Below, in pieces: positions 29,441 through 42,911 of a stretch of 64,000 nucleotides of DNA. Source of the DNA: Lytechinus pictus (taxonomy: Eukaryota); assembly GCF_037042905.1 (NCBI RefSeq), contig NC_087245.1, positions 34,102,001 through 34,166,000 of the forward strand. Direction: 5' to 3'. Within the stretch, counting starts at the first letter, position 1, and the number at the start of each line of letters is the position of its first letter. The translations under genes were made by a program, and so were the position numbers. The notes under the pieces are model-generated. The model saw nothing but the letters and a program-made list of their open reading frames with translations. It made no database searches and was not told the origin of the DNA.

Positions 29441-31694
29441 TTAAAGTATACATCCAAAGAATCAAAAGTATTTTATAATGACTTTATGTGGTCATCATTG
29501 TAAAGGGGAAGTATTACTAATCAGATATATAACTTCACTTTTCAAAATAGTGATCAGAGATTGCAGAAATCAGCTCTCAAAAATGATTTATTTTCATGCC
29601 ATATTTCTGCCTTCCACCGGTCCTCTTGCGAGCTCCAGCTGAGTGACGTCACACAATGAGCAGTGAGCAGCTGAGCTGACAGCAGCCCATTGGAGACGAT
29701 CTTTCCAATCAGCGTTTTTTGCTCTTAGAATTGTTTATTCCTCTTAAGATTGGTCTTGTTATATAGATAAAAGTTTGAATTTACTAAACAGTGAAAAAAA
29801 GTGCACATTTAACGTATTTTGGTGACCGATATTTAGCTTATAATTTTTTTTTTTTTCAAGAAATATAGGTGAATAAACAAAGCATATTTTCACGTAGAAA
29901 TCACACTTGCGTCACATTAATGTTATAGTCAATATAAAGCATAGACATTCTTCTTTATGACTGAACAAAAATGATGAAATTTCATTAAGTAGCAAAGTCA
30001 GGAATCACAAAAAAAACACGGCAATATCCATCGCGAAATGACTGAAATTGCAGTTGAATTGCCGAAGCATTATTAGGAAACAGCGGCGAGCGGACTTTCT
30101 TTCATATATCTTAAAAATGCCTTCCTGTTAGGGCGATGGTCTGTGGCCAAATGCACTGGCCATTGTTTTGTCATGTGCGAGGACCCTGGTTCGAAACTCA
30201 GATTTTTTTTTTTCTGGGTATTTTTTTTTTATTCCTTCCCCGTCCCTACCCATCTTTTTTTTCTCTTTTTATTTTCTTGTGAAATTCTATTCAGACCTGT
30301 ATTTATCAAATCTTGCTTCTTAATTGCTGCTTTTGATTTTCAAGTTCTTGATTAGATTATTTCTACTCTTATTTGGGATGGGAGGGGTAGAGTTAAAAGT
30401 CAAGTCCACATCAACTAAAAATTATTTGAATAGAGTGATTTCCCTTGTTGTTTTTACTCAAAACAGTCATATACACAAAACAATGATATGCAAATTAGAG
30501 TTGTCACTCACATCACATTCGTTTCTATTTTTTGTGGCATTTTGTTTTTTATTCTTTGCAGATTTGACGATAGGAAACTCTTCATCTGATCACAATAGGT
30601 TATATTTACGGAACTGTTAAAATAGTAATTATATAAATTTGAATCAAAGTTTTTATGAAATTTCCTGCAATATCTTGTTATTTTTCTTTAAATTCAAATG
30701 AATTTTTGATTGCGTGGACTTCTCCTTTACTCTTAATGTAGGGAATGCATAGCAAAATTTATCCAGAAACAAAATTGTCTTAGAATATGCAAATCAGTAA
30801 TTGGACACATGTTCACTTTTCTTTCATCCAGGCCACTTCCTCACATCCACCAGGCTTTCAGTCTGATGATGAACCATCACACAACATTCACAGTGCTTCA
30901 CAATAAATATTTCACTTCTGTTCATACATGCAATAAATATTGTGGAAAACAAATAAAAGGCGTACCCATATTCAAATACCGTTTAAAAGGACAAATATAT
31001 TATACCTTTCGAGAAAAATCAGCACGTTAAATATCTGATAACAAAACATAATTATGGGGCACTGCAAGAAACTTATGTTCAATTGCAAATCAAGCGTAAG
31101 TCTTAAATTCAAATTTAAGCGTAATAAGGTCGAGTTGCAATCGCAATTCAACTACATGTTTAATCAAAGGACTTTCCCTTGATTTGGGACGTGTGATTGA
31201 GTATAACATTTCTCGCAAAATGCCCTAGTAACATTAAAATTGTTCTTTCGTTTTAAATTGTGTGTTATTATTTTTGACAAGCTGTATTCCTGTCCGAGTA
31301 AAATTTCTTAGTTCTCTCCAAAACTGTGCTCAAAATTGTTTCCAAGATTGATAAAGAAATTTTTTCTTTTGTATCATTATCATTCCACAACTTGCAAACC
31401 GTAGGTCCTGGAAAGAGTGAAGAAAAAAATGGCTATATCCAAATCATAGTAAAAGGACATGATGGAATCTCCCAGATTGAGGTAGCAAGCAGAGACCAGA
31501 AGTCACCAGAGTTAGCAATTGTGCAGATCTGTGTGTAGAAGAGAGAAAAAAAGAAATAGTTTAAATAATCAAATCAAAGTATGAATTTAATTATCGTGAT
31601 GATTGATGACGTGCGGTGGCATGTAATTCCCGGTCAACAACAAATGATAGTAGGTTTAGACACCTGAAAAGTTCCACTCAGAACACTGGTGCTC

Positions 31695-31851
31695 TACCTC
31701 AAGTGATGTTTGTGTAGGCCCCACTCCACTTCACTACCGCTACACTACCGTACATGTACGCCACACCTACCCGGGTAAGTGTGTAGCGTAGTGTAGGCTG
31801 TAGCAGTACTCCAGTAGTGAAGTGGAGACTACACGAACATCACTTGAGGTA
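31695..31851. mobile_element. Palindromic MITE with 8-bp TSD (hAT-like)
   Basis: TACCTCAAGTGATGTT...AACATCACTTGAGGTA; TSD TGGTGCTC/CGGTGCTC. Confidence 0.75.
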
Positions 31852-31975
31852 CGGTGCTCTCTGAGTCTCTGTGTCATTACAAAGATTGCATTTATCTTCA
31901 TTGTTGAAGGCATTACGCATACATATATGCAGCAACACTCTAATCAGAAAGAAACACCAGACTCTAATTTTGGCC

Positions 31976-32176
31976 CACCCAAGGGTTCATTACATGCCGC
32001 CGCGCACAGAAAATTCAAGCAATAGAAGTCGTGGACCCAAGAAGTGAGATCCCAGCACGCGCGACCCACTAGTTAGAAATCCACTGCCAAACGCGGTTCG
32101 TGGTTAGTATACTAATACTAACCTCGCAATACGTACTAGTAGTATACTAATACTAACCTCGCAATACGTGTGAGTG
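31976..32176 (-). mobile_element. ~190-bp non-autonomous element with 9-bp TSD, copy 1
   Basis: Perfect TSD ATTTTGGCC; termini CACTCA...TGGGTG on the minus strand. Confidence 0.85.
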
Positions 32177-32401
32177 ATTTTGGCCAGGAATCAGGGTAAT
32201 CACTGCTGAAAATTTGTCTGGCTTCATGACATCGGCATCATGGTGATAAAATTCTGTGTATAATAAAAACTTAAACATTCCTCTGAAACAGCAGATTTTC
32301 AGCCATGGTCCATACCACTCAGTGCTCCTAAATAATTTAATTGCCTGCCTGAGTCCTGACCAGTTTTAGAAATCTGAAGAAAAAATCTGCTGGAATTGTG
32401 C

Positions 32402-32589
32402 CACTCACACGTATTAAGTATACTAACCCCGCACCACGAACCGCGTTTGGCAGTGGATTTCTAACTAGTGGGTCGCGCGTGCTTAGCCTGGAGGCGTCTG
32501 GGATCTCACTTCTTGGGTCCACAACACACGACTTCTATGGCTTGATTTTTCTGTGCGTGGCGGCATGTAATGAACCCTTGCCTTGGGTG
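32402..32589 (+). mobile_element. ~190-bp non-autonomous element with 9-bp TSD, copy 2
   Basis: TSD GAATTGTGC/GAATTGTAC; same sequence as copy 1. Confidence 0.85.
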
Positions 32590-35450
32590 GAATTGTACAA
32601 AAACATTATTTCTAAAATAAAAACTTTTTAATTTTAATAGTAGTTATGCCAAAATGCATGATTCTAAACTTATATCAGATCTGTATCTGTCATCTGACCT
32701 GAATGCATCGTCAGAACAAGTACAGTTTCCAAACATGCTTACCTTGACTTTTGACTGGATCAAACAGCGTAGCCTGCAACATGCATCGGGAGCAAGTGAA
32801 TGGGACCGTGCAGCTTGGAGTTTTTCAATAGTTAGTAGAGCAACACAACGAAGACTGTCGAGTGGACAAAATCGATCTTTCCAGTTCACAATTCAATAAA
32901 AAACGGGCAAAATAACACAGTTCTGGTTCCCTTATAGTCTGAAGTTGTCGAAAACAGAATTCGGATGTCACATTACATGAAGAAAACGGTAAATTCGGAA
33001 GATATTGAAGAGGTCAGTAAGGTGATTCAGTGTATTATGCACAGAGGGATGATGAGCTCGATTATTGTGTGACGTCATTATTCTCGACTGTTTTCACTGC
33101 GTGAACTGTCGGTCTGGGGGGCGGCTGGGGGGCGGCTGGGGGGCTTAGAATGGTCTCTAATAATTTCATTTCTTGCATTTCCACGACATCGATAAGACTT
33201 TTTAGTGACATATTTGTGTATAAAAAGACAAGACCTTTCCATTCATATATAATTTGTCTATAATCATCACTTTCGTGAATTTTCTTTGTGTGTATACTTT
33301 AAGAAATGTCGCCTGATTTCATAAATGCTTATCAAGGGGTCGCAAATAAGGTCTCAAAAGTTGCGTGAGACTTGAATGGTAATAGCCCGTGAACGGCGTG
33401 GTCAATCCAAATTATCACGAAAACTGTTGAGGGTGGGGCTGAATCAGCCCCCCCCCCCCCATCTCATAAGGTTTTAAAAACCATGTATGTTTAGATGGCG
33501 TCTCAGTCTTCATACGCCTATAGATGGGGAAAACGATGCAAACAAAAAAATGCAGAGTGCTGCACATATATGCACAGGTAGAAAATTGTGTAGAATTATG
33601 TATTGACCATGTGACTTGCATACATGCTCACCATTGGCTACATTCTTGATCCCCTAAAAAAAACAAATAATGCACATTTTCAAATTTGTGATGTTAACGA
33701 CGATGCAGGTATTAATACAAGCACTCGGCACAAACACCTTGTGCTTGATGCATAGTGTAAATACCCTCAAGTGTGCTGCATTGCAACAACACGTTCATAA
33801 ATGTACATTATTGGTATAACATTGCACAACAGCTTGCCTACTAAGCAGTTTAAATGCACCGCTAAAACACCCTAAACACTACTCCACTTACCACTGGTTC
33901 CGGTGGCATTTTTCTGGGTATTTTCTTGACCTTTGACCCAAGGTTCTTGAGTTCATTCTCCATCATGACTCCTTATAATCTAGCTCCATGCTCCATCCTT
34001 CTTCTTGGACCACTTCTGCCAGATCAACCCTTCAGAGTACTGCTCTCATGGATAGCACTCTCTGCTTGCTGCACACAGAACATAAATTTAAGATAAAATG
34101 TAGTTCTCTGTGTCATAAATTTGAAAAATTGAAGTAATTGTCTCAAAGTGATTGTGAAATTATGCTCAAAATGCACCTAAGATCTGATGAATGCTCATAT
34201 AATTATCAAACTGATAACTACAATTCTTCAGTTCAGGGGTCACATGCATTACACATAGATAGCATGCATATGCCTACAATGAAATTGTCAACCCAACAGT
34301 TTTAGATGTTATGTGCTATAGTGTGCAGGCAAGCAGTCCTTTGCAAGTGGCTATTTTTTTCAGGACATTCTTCCAAAATATCACAAAACAGCTGACAATG
34401 AATTTCCAACTTACCTAAAAATGTCATTACCCTTATAAGGGTAATATTGAAGAAAGAAGAGAATACTTATATTCTAAAAAACAGAAAATCTCCTAATGTA
34501 CTCTATTCTCCTTTTCAATGTATGCTCAAAATAGCTATAAGAGTCAAGAGAAAATGCTACGACAATTAAACTCTATTTTTCAAGTCACTTCAGATTTGAG
34601 GTGTAAAAGAGTTACATTTTGATAGAGCAGAATGATCAAAATACTTGAATTAAAATAAGCTGATACTAAAAAAAAACAGATACTAATTCCACAAGATAGT
34701 CAATATCTGATTTTATTTGACATTTTTAATCTATGATTATTCCCTAAAATACAAAGTTGTGTACCACATTATCATGAATATAAGGAGAAACTTATTGGAA
34801 TTTCTCAATAGGCCTTACAGATTTAACATTACAAGAGATATCAGTCTGGACATACCAAAGGTGATTTTTAAATCTGTGGTTTGAAATCATACTTTATCCA
34901 GAATTCATTCATTAATTGATTTGATTTGATTTAATCAAATAATTAATTCATTCTTTCTTCAGAGGGCTCTAAATCCACAAGCTTGTTATGGTTCCAGCAT
35001 GAATCTTTCCTTCAATTCATGTCCCACTATTTATGTGAATTAATCTAAATAATAGACTCAATCATTTGATTCACAATTACTCTAGATTCTTCTTAACCCT
35101 GGTTAAAACTCACCATTCATTTGAAAATATATTCAGTTGACTTTCATTCTTGACACTCTTTATCTGATCCCCTTCATGGAGACATCCTGTAAAAAAAAAA
35201 ATGGTAGATTGATAGTTATTTATTTTCTGTCAACAAAATACAAACAAATATTATTAAGTCAGATATTTACTGAATTTTCAGTCAAACATTAGAAAATCAG
35301 GGGCTGAAATTTAAAAAAGTAGCAAATTAACAAGAAGAAATCTGACTAACCTCATAAAAAATGAAATAACAAAACTGAGGAGGCTTGCATAAAAGCAATG
35401 CTTGTTAAAGTGGTAAGCCCCATGACTTGGTTTCAACAAAAAAGAATCTG

Positions 35451-35986
35451 GGCCCGTCTTATAAAGAGTTACGATTGATCCGATCAATCTCAAGTATATG
35501 GAAATCCATCAATGTCATAATTTTTTTTCTTTAGGAACTTTGCTCAATGTCCATTGAAAACAAAGAGAAGCATACTGAATTGACAACAAAACTGAATGTA
35601 TGAATATACATCATTTCTAGAAAATATTTTGAACAAAGATTTATTTAGATGTTGACGTTGGTGGCTTTCCATAGTTGTGATTGATCGGATCAATTACAAC
35701 TCTTTGTAAGATTGGCCCCTGGGGCCCGTCTTACAAAGAGTTGCGATTGATCCGATCAATCACAACTATGGACAGCCAGCAAAGTCAACATATGAAATGC
35801 ATGATTGTTCAAAAAAAAATTCCCGATATGATGCATATTCATAGATTCAATTTCTTGACAATTTGGTGTGTTCTCCTTTGTTTTCAAAGGACATTTGGAA
35901 ATTTCCTTTTGAAAAAATTCTGACACTGATTTCCATAGAGTTACGATTGATTTGGGATCAATCGTAACTCTTGGTAAGATGGGCCC
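35451..35986. mobile_element. Two adjacent, oppositely oriented Harbinger-like MITEs (35451-35718, 35722-35986)
   Basis: CTG-element-CTG-element-CTG arrangement with GGCCCGTCTTA.AAAGAGTT TIRs. Confidence 0.8.
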
Positions 35987-36594
35987 CTGATGTCCAATAA
36001 TTGAGGGAGACAAAAAATAAAGCAAAGGAAAATAGAACAAGACATACGAAACAGAAATCAAAATAAAAAAACAAAAACAAAGGTGAGTAGAAGACACATA
36101 GAGGAGTACTAAAAAGGGAGACAAGGTGCAAGCACAAGAGAGGTTGAATAAAGGGTATACATGGGGTAAATCGTTATAGGTAAGGAAAAAGAACAAAACT
36201 AGATTTGCTTTTAGTAAATTGTTAGGTTGACTTAAGGTAGAATATTGACATATTAACACTTTTATTAAATTACATTTGAGAGATTTCCTCACTCTCACTA
36301 TCAGTGTAAAATTTGAAAATAAAAGATATTTGATAATTGTGGAATCTCAATCTTGAAACAGGTTTCCTTTCTACTGGGATGATATTCTGCCAGCACACAA
36401 TACATACATACATGTTATTCACTACCTGGGGAAATTATTGAGCTTGTCAATATCAGACCATTGTGAAGAAGAATACTTGTCTTCCACACAAATCTGGCCA
36501 AATAATACATTTCCTCTCGAGCATACTCCATAGTTAACTGAACTCCTCTTGAAATAAATGATATTCGAGAAACTGAATCTAAAATGAACCTTAC

Positions 36595-39500
36595 CTTTGC
36601 TGCTCTGTTGAGGGCCTGCTCCGTCTCATGAAGCAAACGTGAATAAGTACTGATCCTCTTTGATCTTCTCCCGTCTATCCACGATAGTTGCAATCTGTTT
36701 CCTCGATGAGTTGATGTTTATCTCGTTCTTCTGAAGGAGCGGGGTGAGGGTCTCGTTGTTCTCCTGTTCCTTCATGACAGACTTCCTGTAACCCTCGATC
36801 TCGGTGGCCAGTGACATGACCTGCTACGGCTTCTGCTGACTGTTCATGATAGCATGATATGGTTTTAATGCAATAACAACAACATTACATTCATTTTTTT
36901 TCAGCTTATTCAAAAGATTCATGACTGGTATTAAGTAGGTATCAAATGCAGATATGTCTCCTTCATTCAAAAGGGCATACATTTTCCCTAACAAAAATAT
37001 ATTCACCTAAACTTCCAAAAACTTGTGTTTCCATGCAATGACCAAGAATACTGTAGGATTTTGATCTAGTTTGCTACCTCCAGTATTGCAGTTAAAAAAG
37101 AGGTCAACTCGACGACATCATTGTGGTTTGGAAATGTCATGCAACTTAGCGAAATGCCAGATATTTATAATACATTTATCCAGTCTAGTAAGTACAGCAA
37201 CTGTTTCATGATGTGCTTACCTGAGGGCTTCCTACATAGCGGCATGTGCTTCATCTCTGCGTCTCATTCCAATCAGACTGCTGTTTCACTCCTGAACAAT
37301 TGCTTCTTCTCAAGATTGACGGACTATACCAGGAAGGAATAGGAACAAATCTATGGAGTTATACTCTCCTTCAGCATATACAATGAAATATGGTTTCTTA
37401 CAGGAGGACCAAACCCTGAGGGATCAATGTTCAAAGGGATGGTCTGGGCTAAAAATATTTATATCTGAATAAATAGAGTAAAATTCACAGAGTAAAATGC
37501 TGAAAATTTTATCCAAATCGAATAACAAATAATAAAGTTATTGAATTTGAAAGTTTATCAATATTTTGTGACAACGGTTATATGCACATCCTCATGAATA
37601 TTTATTAGGTGGGCTGATGATGTCACCTTCCCACTTTCCTTTATCTTATATTATTACATGAAATCATAATTGTTTCATTTGCTCATACATGTGTAAATGA
37701 TGTGTCTCCATTATGATGAAATAAGTTGCGGCAATAAATAACTAATGCACAAAAATCAGTTGTCAATCCAATTGTTTTAGTTCTTGGCAGAGAAATTTAG
37801 AATAAATCTAATTTCATATAATAAAATACAAAAGAACAAGTGGGGATATGACATCATCAACCCACCTATTGAATATTCATGAAGACATGCCTAGAAATGT
37901 TTCGCCGCAATAATGCAAATCTTTAAAATAACTTCATTATTTGTTATCCGATTTTGATCAAATTCTCAGCATTTTGCTCAGTGAATTTTACTCTATTTTA
38001 TATTGAGATATGAATATCTCCAGCCTGGACCATCCCTTTAATAAAAAGAGAGGACAGAGAGAAACATTTTTCCTAAAATAAAGTTCCATCAAATTCAGAT
38101 AGGAAATAAGTTATGAAAGCTTGAAAATTCTCCATTTAGTTTTCATGTAGTCCTCATAGTGGCATAGTAGGTTAAAAGTGACAGGTGAAGTAAAACAAAT
38201 CTATGTGTGTTTTAGACATAACATTTTATATTTTCTCAATTCTTTCTTTCAGCTCCATACATATCATGGAAATGCATTTGACACAACATGAGTGGCCAAT
38301 AGAAAGCAATAACTTAAGAGAAAATGGAGGAGCAAATATGAAATCAGTTATTAACCCTATCCCAAGACCCTGTAACACAATGTTTCACAATGAATTGCAA
38401 TATGATGGAAAACTCTGATTTGGTCTTGATCAGTACTGTGAACATAGTGCACATGAAAATAACAATTTTCTTGATTATCTATTTCAATATAGGGATTGAT
38501 TCTAAGCCTTTGTGTAACAGATCCCAGGACCATCTCACTGTAAATTATCAAGATATATAATTTCATTTTTCATAGCATTACCACAGAAAAAAAAAATACT
38601 TACTTCAATTTCCATTAAAACTTCTGATAGGGTCTCTTTGGCTGATTTTGTCTCCTCTACCTGAGCTGAGCTCTGGCCTTCATACAAGGCAATCTGCTCT
38701 CTCAACAGTCTCAGTCAGACAGTGAACATACAGGTCCTGTCAATAAAAGATTGATGCATGGTTTATTTGAATGTCATACTAGACTTACAGACCCGTATTC
38801 TGAAGTCAGGTTTAACTTAAATTATGGGGAGCCAAAAATTCAAAAATTCTGTTTATAATGTATATTTCACATGTTTACTATTTTGTTTGCTTTTGCTTTC
38901 ATAATGAAGAAAAATGCTTCAAAATACTTCAGTTATCATTCCCAGACAATTATGAACAATTTGAGTGTCAAATAAGTTAATAAATTGGATGTGTACTTTA
39001 AGGGATTTGTGCCCCAGTTGGCTATCCATAGTTAAACCACAACTTTAAACCACGGTTTAATTTAAACCTGAGTTCAGGCCACAGAGAAATATCTTGTACA
39101 GCGGGTAATGAATCAAGAAAAACAATCCATCCTACAGGTCATGAAAAACAAAGGTCAGACATAATCAATTTGAATAGAGGGATTGGAATTAAGTACAATC
39201 TTAGAGATTTTTTTCACAGCAGGTACAAGATTATAATAATAAATCATTGTGTACAAAAGTAAGGCACAGTCAGAGATGAACTATGGCTCAGTCTTTAAAA
39301 GAGTTACAACTGATCCAAATCAATCCCTATTCCACTCTGCATAAATAGAATCAATCTCAACTTGATTTATTTTAATCACTCACAATGTTTGTGAGACAGG
39401 CTTGTATGTAATTTTCACAGCAAGTACTCGGTCATCCTTTCAGAGCATTTGTTTCACTGAATTTGTTCACAACATACTCAAAATCCAATGAAATCAATAT

Positions 39501-39759
39501 TTCCATGGAAGTCAACATCGAAGGCAAATTAACTATCAATGCCAAGTCTTCTACAATTATGCTCAAGTTCTGTCCAGAATTCCAGACGTGAATGAACGTA
39601 CCTGTTTTTGCCTGTCTTCCTCTGGTTTGAAGACCTCTGTATCTGCCTTCTCTACTGTCCTACGCATGACAGCAATGTCCCCCCTGATGTCCTGCTTAGC
39701 ATTGGTCATGTAGAAAAAATAAAGGGCCAAGATTTCCACTCCAGTCTGGAATGCAGCCA
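36595..39759 (-). pseudogene. CCDC40: Unprocessed CCDC40 (axonemal coiled-coil ruler protein) pseudogene fragment; exons 39759-39602, 38736-38604, 37323-37221, 36839-36595
   Basis: GT-AG bounded exons translate to AAFQTGVEILALYFFYMTNAKQDIRGDIAVMRR..RQKQ / DLYV..EQIALYEGQ..LSEVLMEIE / SVNLEKKQLF..SSLIGMRRRDEAHAAM*EAL / SLATEIEGYRKSVMKEQENNETL..STYSRLLHETEQAL, colinear with the central region of CCDC40 as I recall it; frameshifts in 3 exons and in-frame stops. Confidence 0.88.
37435..38037. mobile_element. Kolobok-like non-autonomous element in a CCDC40-pseudogene intron
   Basis: AGGGATGGTCTGGGCT...AGCCTGGACCATCCCT-ttaa; homologous to 12835-13406. Confidence 0.85.
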
Positions 39760-41037
39760 CTACAAAAGACAAACAAATGAAAATCTGAAGTGACATTGGG
39801 TGTTAAATATGCAAATAATGTTTTTCACAAATAAATTTGCATATTTCATTCATAACAAATATAAAATGCTTATGTTATCAATTTCAGGATATTTTGTATA
39901 CTGGCTTGTATTTTATGCTGTAATGAATGTGCATATCAAATTTTGGCGCAATCACGCGAACAGCGGCGAATACCATGCTGAATATAAATCCTTCATTTAC
40001 ATTTGAAATATATCATCCACTTGACAAAGCTTATGATATTCACCACAAATATACTTCATCTGATTGTCATATTAATTGACTGTGCATGGGAAGGCCTATA
40101 TACAAGATTAGACATTAATTTGGAAAAAGGATCAAATTAGATGCCAACATGACACCTCACCTGACAACAAACATCATTTTACAATTTTCAAGGAGAGGTG
40201 GGAATTTTACTTCTTGTAGATGGAGCTATATATTGGTGTAATGGGTTCTTCAGTGTAAACATTTTGTTGTATTGCCCATAAACTTTTGATTCAGTACCCT
40301 AAAATTGACATCAGGCAAGATAAAAAATCTAGATATACATGTATTGTGCATATCAAATACATGATCAGAACAAATATGAGAGCTCGATACAAAATCAGTA
40401 CCGTTTTAATTAACTCTTTGTGCGCTGGACCATGAACCCATCTGTACTGAATTATTTTCAGGGAGGGAAACAATGCATTGTTTGTTGAGTGTGAAATGCG
40501 AAGTTCGCACGGCACCGAGTGTGCATTGGTGCGAAGTACGCGTGGAAAGGGTTAATAATTGCTCCCCAGTGGGTGCCAGTAATACACCTTAATATATTAA
40601 TTCTTTTTTTTTGCATCTAGTTAATAAGTCACTGATGTTGTAAATCCACGTAAGTTCAGAATCAAAAGTTAAACCTAGAAATTTGAAATTCGATACAACT
40701 TCTATTTTATTGTCTCCAATATAAATATCAGTGATCACTGAAAATGACTTTTGTTTTGGTAACGGATAATTTAAGTTTCATTTTGCTTGTACATTCTGCA
40801 ATGGAATAAATATCTGTTTGAACTTTTTTGGTTGCAATTTTAAGATTTCGACATCTATACCATAATCAGGGGTGTGAGTGGTCACAAATAAAAAGATCTG
40901 AAGAAGCTGAAGTGTTGAAAAAGTCTGAAATAGAAAGAGCTCCCATACTTTTTGTAGAGGAAGGCCAAAAATAAGCTGAAATTAAGCTGAAAAATCAAAA
41001 CAAAAAAATCTGAAATCAGATAAAAATCACACCCCTG

Positions 41038-41468
41038 CAAAATGCAATGTCATCTGCAAAAATAGCTATATTCAAATAAGTGCATGAAAGCGCCAGATCA
41101 TTGATATAAAGATTGAACAGGAATGGACTTATGACTCCCCCTTGGGGGAGCCTTTTATTTATTTCCTTTCCATGTGAAATGAAGTTATGAACCCTTACTC
41201 TGTATGTTCGATCTTTGATAAACCAAAATTTCGTAATTTCATTATCAGAATTTTATGATCAACATTGTTGATCTTCTCCAGGTCGAGGAAAGCTGCTATA
41301 ACGAAATTGTGATTCATAAATGATTTATGAACATCTGTGTAGAGTCTTGTTAAATTATTGAAAACACTTCTATTTGGAGTGAAGCCAGATTCAAGGGGTG
41401 ATATCAGATTATATTTTTTGTTTAGCCAAAATAGTCTTTAAGTTGTCATTCCTTCCACATTTTCTTGA
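41038..41468 (-). mobile_element. Degenerate non-LTR (LINE) reverse transcriptase fragment
   Basis: Minus-strand translation shows ISPLESGF..AAFLDLEK..LPQGGVISPFLFNLYINDL..IFADDIAF motifs, with indels. Confidence 0.8.
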
Positions 41469-42790
41469 CCAATCGTTTCTACCAGGGGATCACCAACCTA
41501 CAACATAGCCCGCCACCTTGCAACCATCCTACAACCACTGATGGGGAAAACAAAGCATCATGTCATGAATTCCTCCCACTTTATCAACAAGCTCAAAGAG
41601 GCCTCCATCACTCCTGAAGTCTGGTCAGCTTTGATGTAGAGTCACTGTTCACCAGTGTCCCAGTCCGAGAAGCATGTGACCTCATAAAGAAGAAACTCCA
41701 AGATGACTCCTCCCTAGCAGACCGGACCTCCATATCGCCCGACCAAATCCACGATCTACTGCTTACATGTCTTGAGTCTACCTCCTTTCAATGGCGAGGC
41801 AGCTACTACAAGCAGCAGGAGGGGGCAGCAATGGGATCACCCCTTTCACCTATAGCTGCCAACATCTACATGAAAGAATTCGAGTCGACAGCCATTCAGT
41901 CATCGCCTCTCCCACCCAAGATCTGGCTCAGATATGTAGATGATACATTCGTCATTTGGCAACATGGTAGAGACAGCTTGGAAGATTTCCTTCTTCATCT
42001 CAACTCTCAACAGCTGAAGATCACCTTCACGATGGAAAAGGAGAAGAATAACTCCATATCATTCTTGGATGTTCTAGTTACACATGAACCTAACAACCAC
42101 CTCTCATACCAAGTATACCGCAAACCAACCCATATTGACATGTATCTTCATTTTAACTCATTCCACCACCCTTCTATCCTCCAGTCTGTCCCAAGAACAT
42201 TGGTCAAGAGGGCACACTCTATCAGCGATGGCAACTACCTGCAACGGGAGCTTGAACACATCAAGTCGACACTCATAACTATCAATGATTATCCTCCACT
42301 CAAGATCAAGACCAAACCTACTATGGTTATCTTACCTTACCTAGGTTCTACTTCCCACAAACTTCAACGCATATTCAGAGCAGCCAAGATTGATGTGCGA
42401 CACCGATCTTCCAACAAATTACATGCTGCCCTCTATACTCACAAGGACGTCAAGCCCTCCGCGTCACGGCCTGGAGTATACAGGATACCATGTTCTTGTG
42501 GAAAGGTATACATCGGTGAAACTGGATGCAATTGGATTACCAGACTCAAGGAACACTAGAGCAGCTACAGCAAGGGGGAATGGGAGAAATCTGCTATAGC
42601 CAAACATGCACACCAACTACAACATAAAATTCTATGGGAGGACGCCAAGCTACTAACGTCAATCAAGCACTGGCATACCAGACGGGTACGAGAGGCCATA
42701 GAAATCACCAAGCATGACACAGCACAAGAAGACAGCGGCCTACTCATCAACAATATTAAGAACCCACTGCTAAACAAGACCACTAATCAA
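41469..42790 (+). mobile_element. Penelope-like retroelement, 5'-truncated and disrupted (RT + GIY-YIG endonuclease)
   Basis: PIVS..GSPTY, LVSFDVESLFTSVP, GAAMGSPLSP, RYVDD, VYRKPTH, GVYRIPCSCGKVYIGETG..RLKEH, SAIAKH, REAIEI; frameshift near 41620 and stop at 42557-42559. Confidence 0.93.
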
Positions 42791-42829
42791 TAGATGCCTA
42801 ATCTCAATCTACCAGCTGCGTGTAATTAA

Positions 42830-42911
42830 TATTGGGTCTCCCAGATCCGGATAAATCCCTTATCCGGATTGGTGCTGGTCCCAACCTGTCCGGATAAGAG
42901 AGGTCGGACTG
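42830..42911 (-). mobile_element. Terminal fragment of a Tc1/pogo-like MITE
   Basis: Minus strand ta-CAGTCCGACCTCTCTTATCCGGAC with repeated TATCCGG motifs; only one end seen. Confidence 0.5.

Larger units (their letters stand above)
29445..33298. mobile_element. 3.85-kb Kolobok-like non-autonomous element
   Basis: TIR AGTATACA(TC/CA)CAAAGAA with TTAA on both sides; the outer flanks rejoin as one piggyBac-like MITE. Confidence 0.7.

Noticed and set aside
31976..32589. A single ~600-bp foldback element
   Set aside because: Each arm has its own 9-bp TSD and a third copy occurs alone at 56642, so these are two independent insertions
35756..36298. 180-aa hydrophobic ORF as a membrane protein
   Set aside because: Overlaps a MITE and low-complexity T-rich sequence; composition artefact
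36595..39759. Intact CCDC40 gene
   Set aside because: Several frameshifts outside homopolymers plus in-frame stops; most exons are missing
41831..42559. Host protein-coding gene for the 242-aa ORF
   Set aside because: It is an internal part of a broken Penelope RT/GIY-YIG ORF
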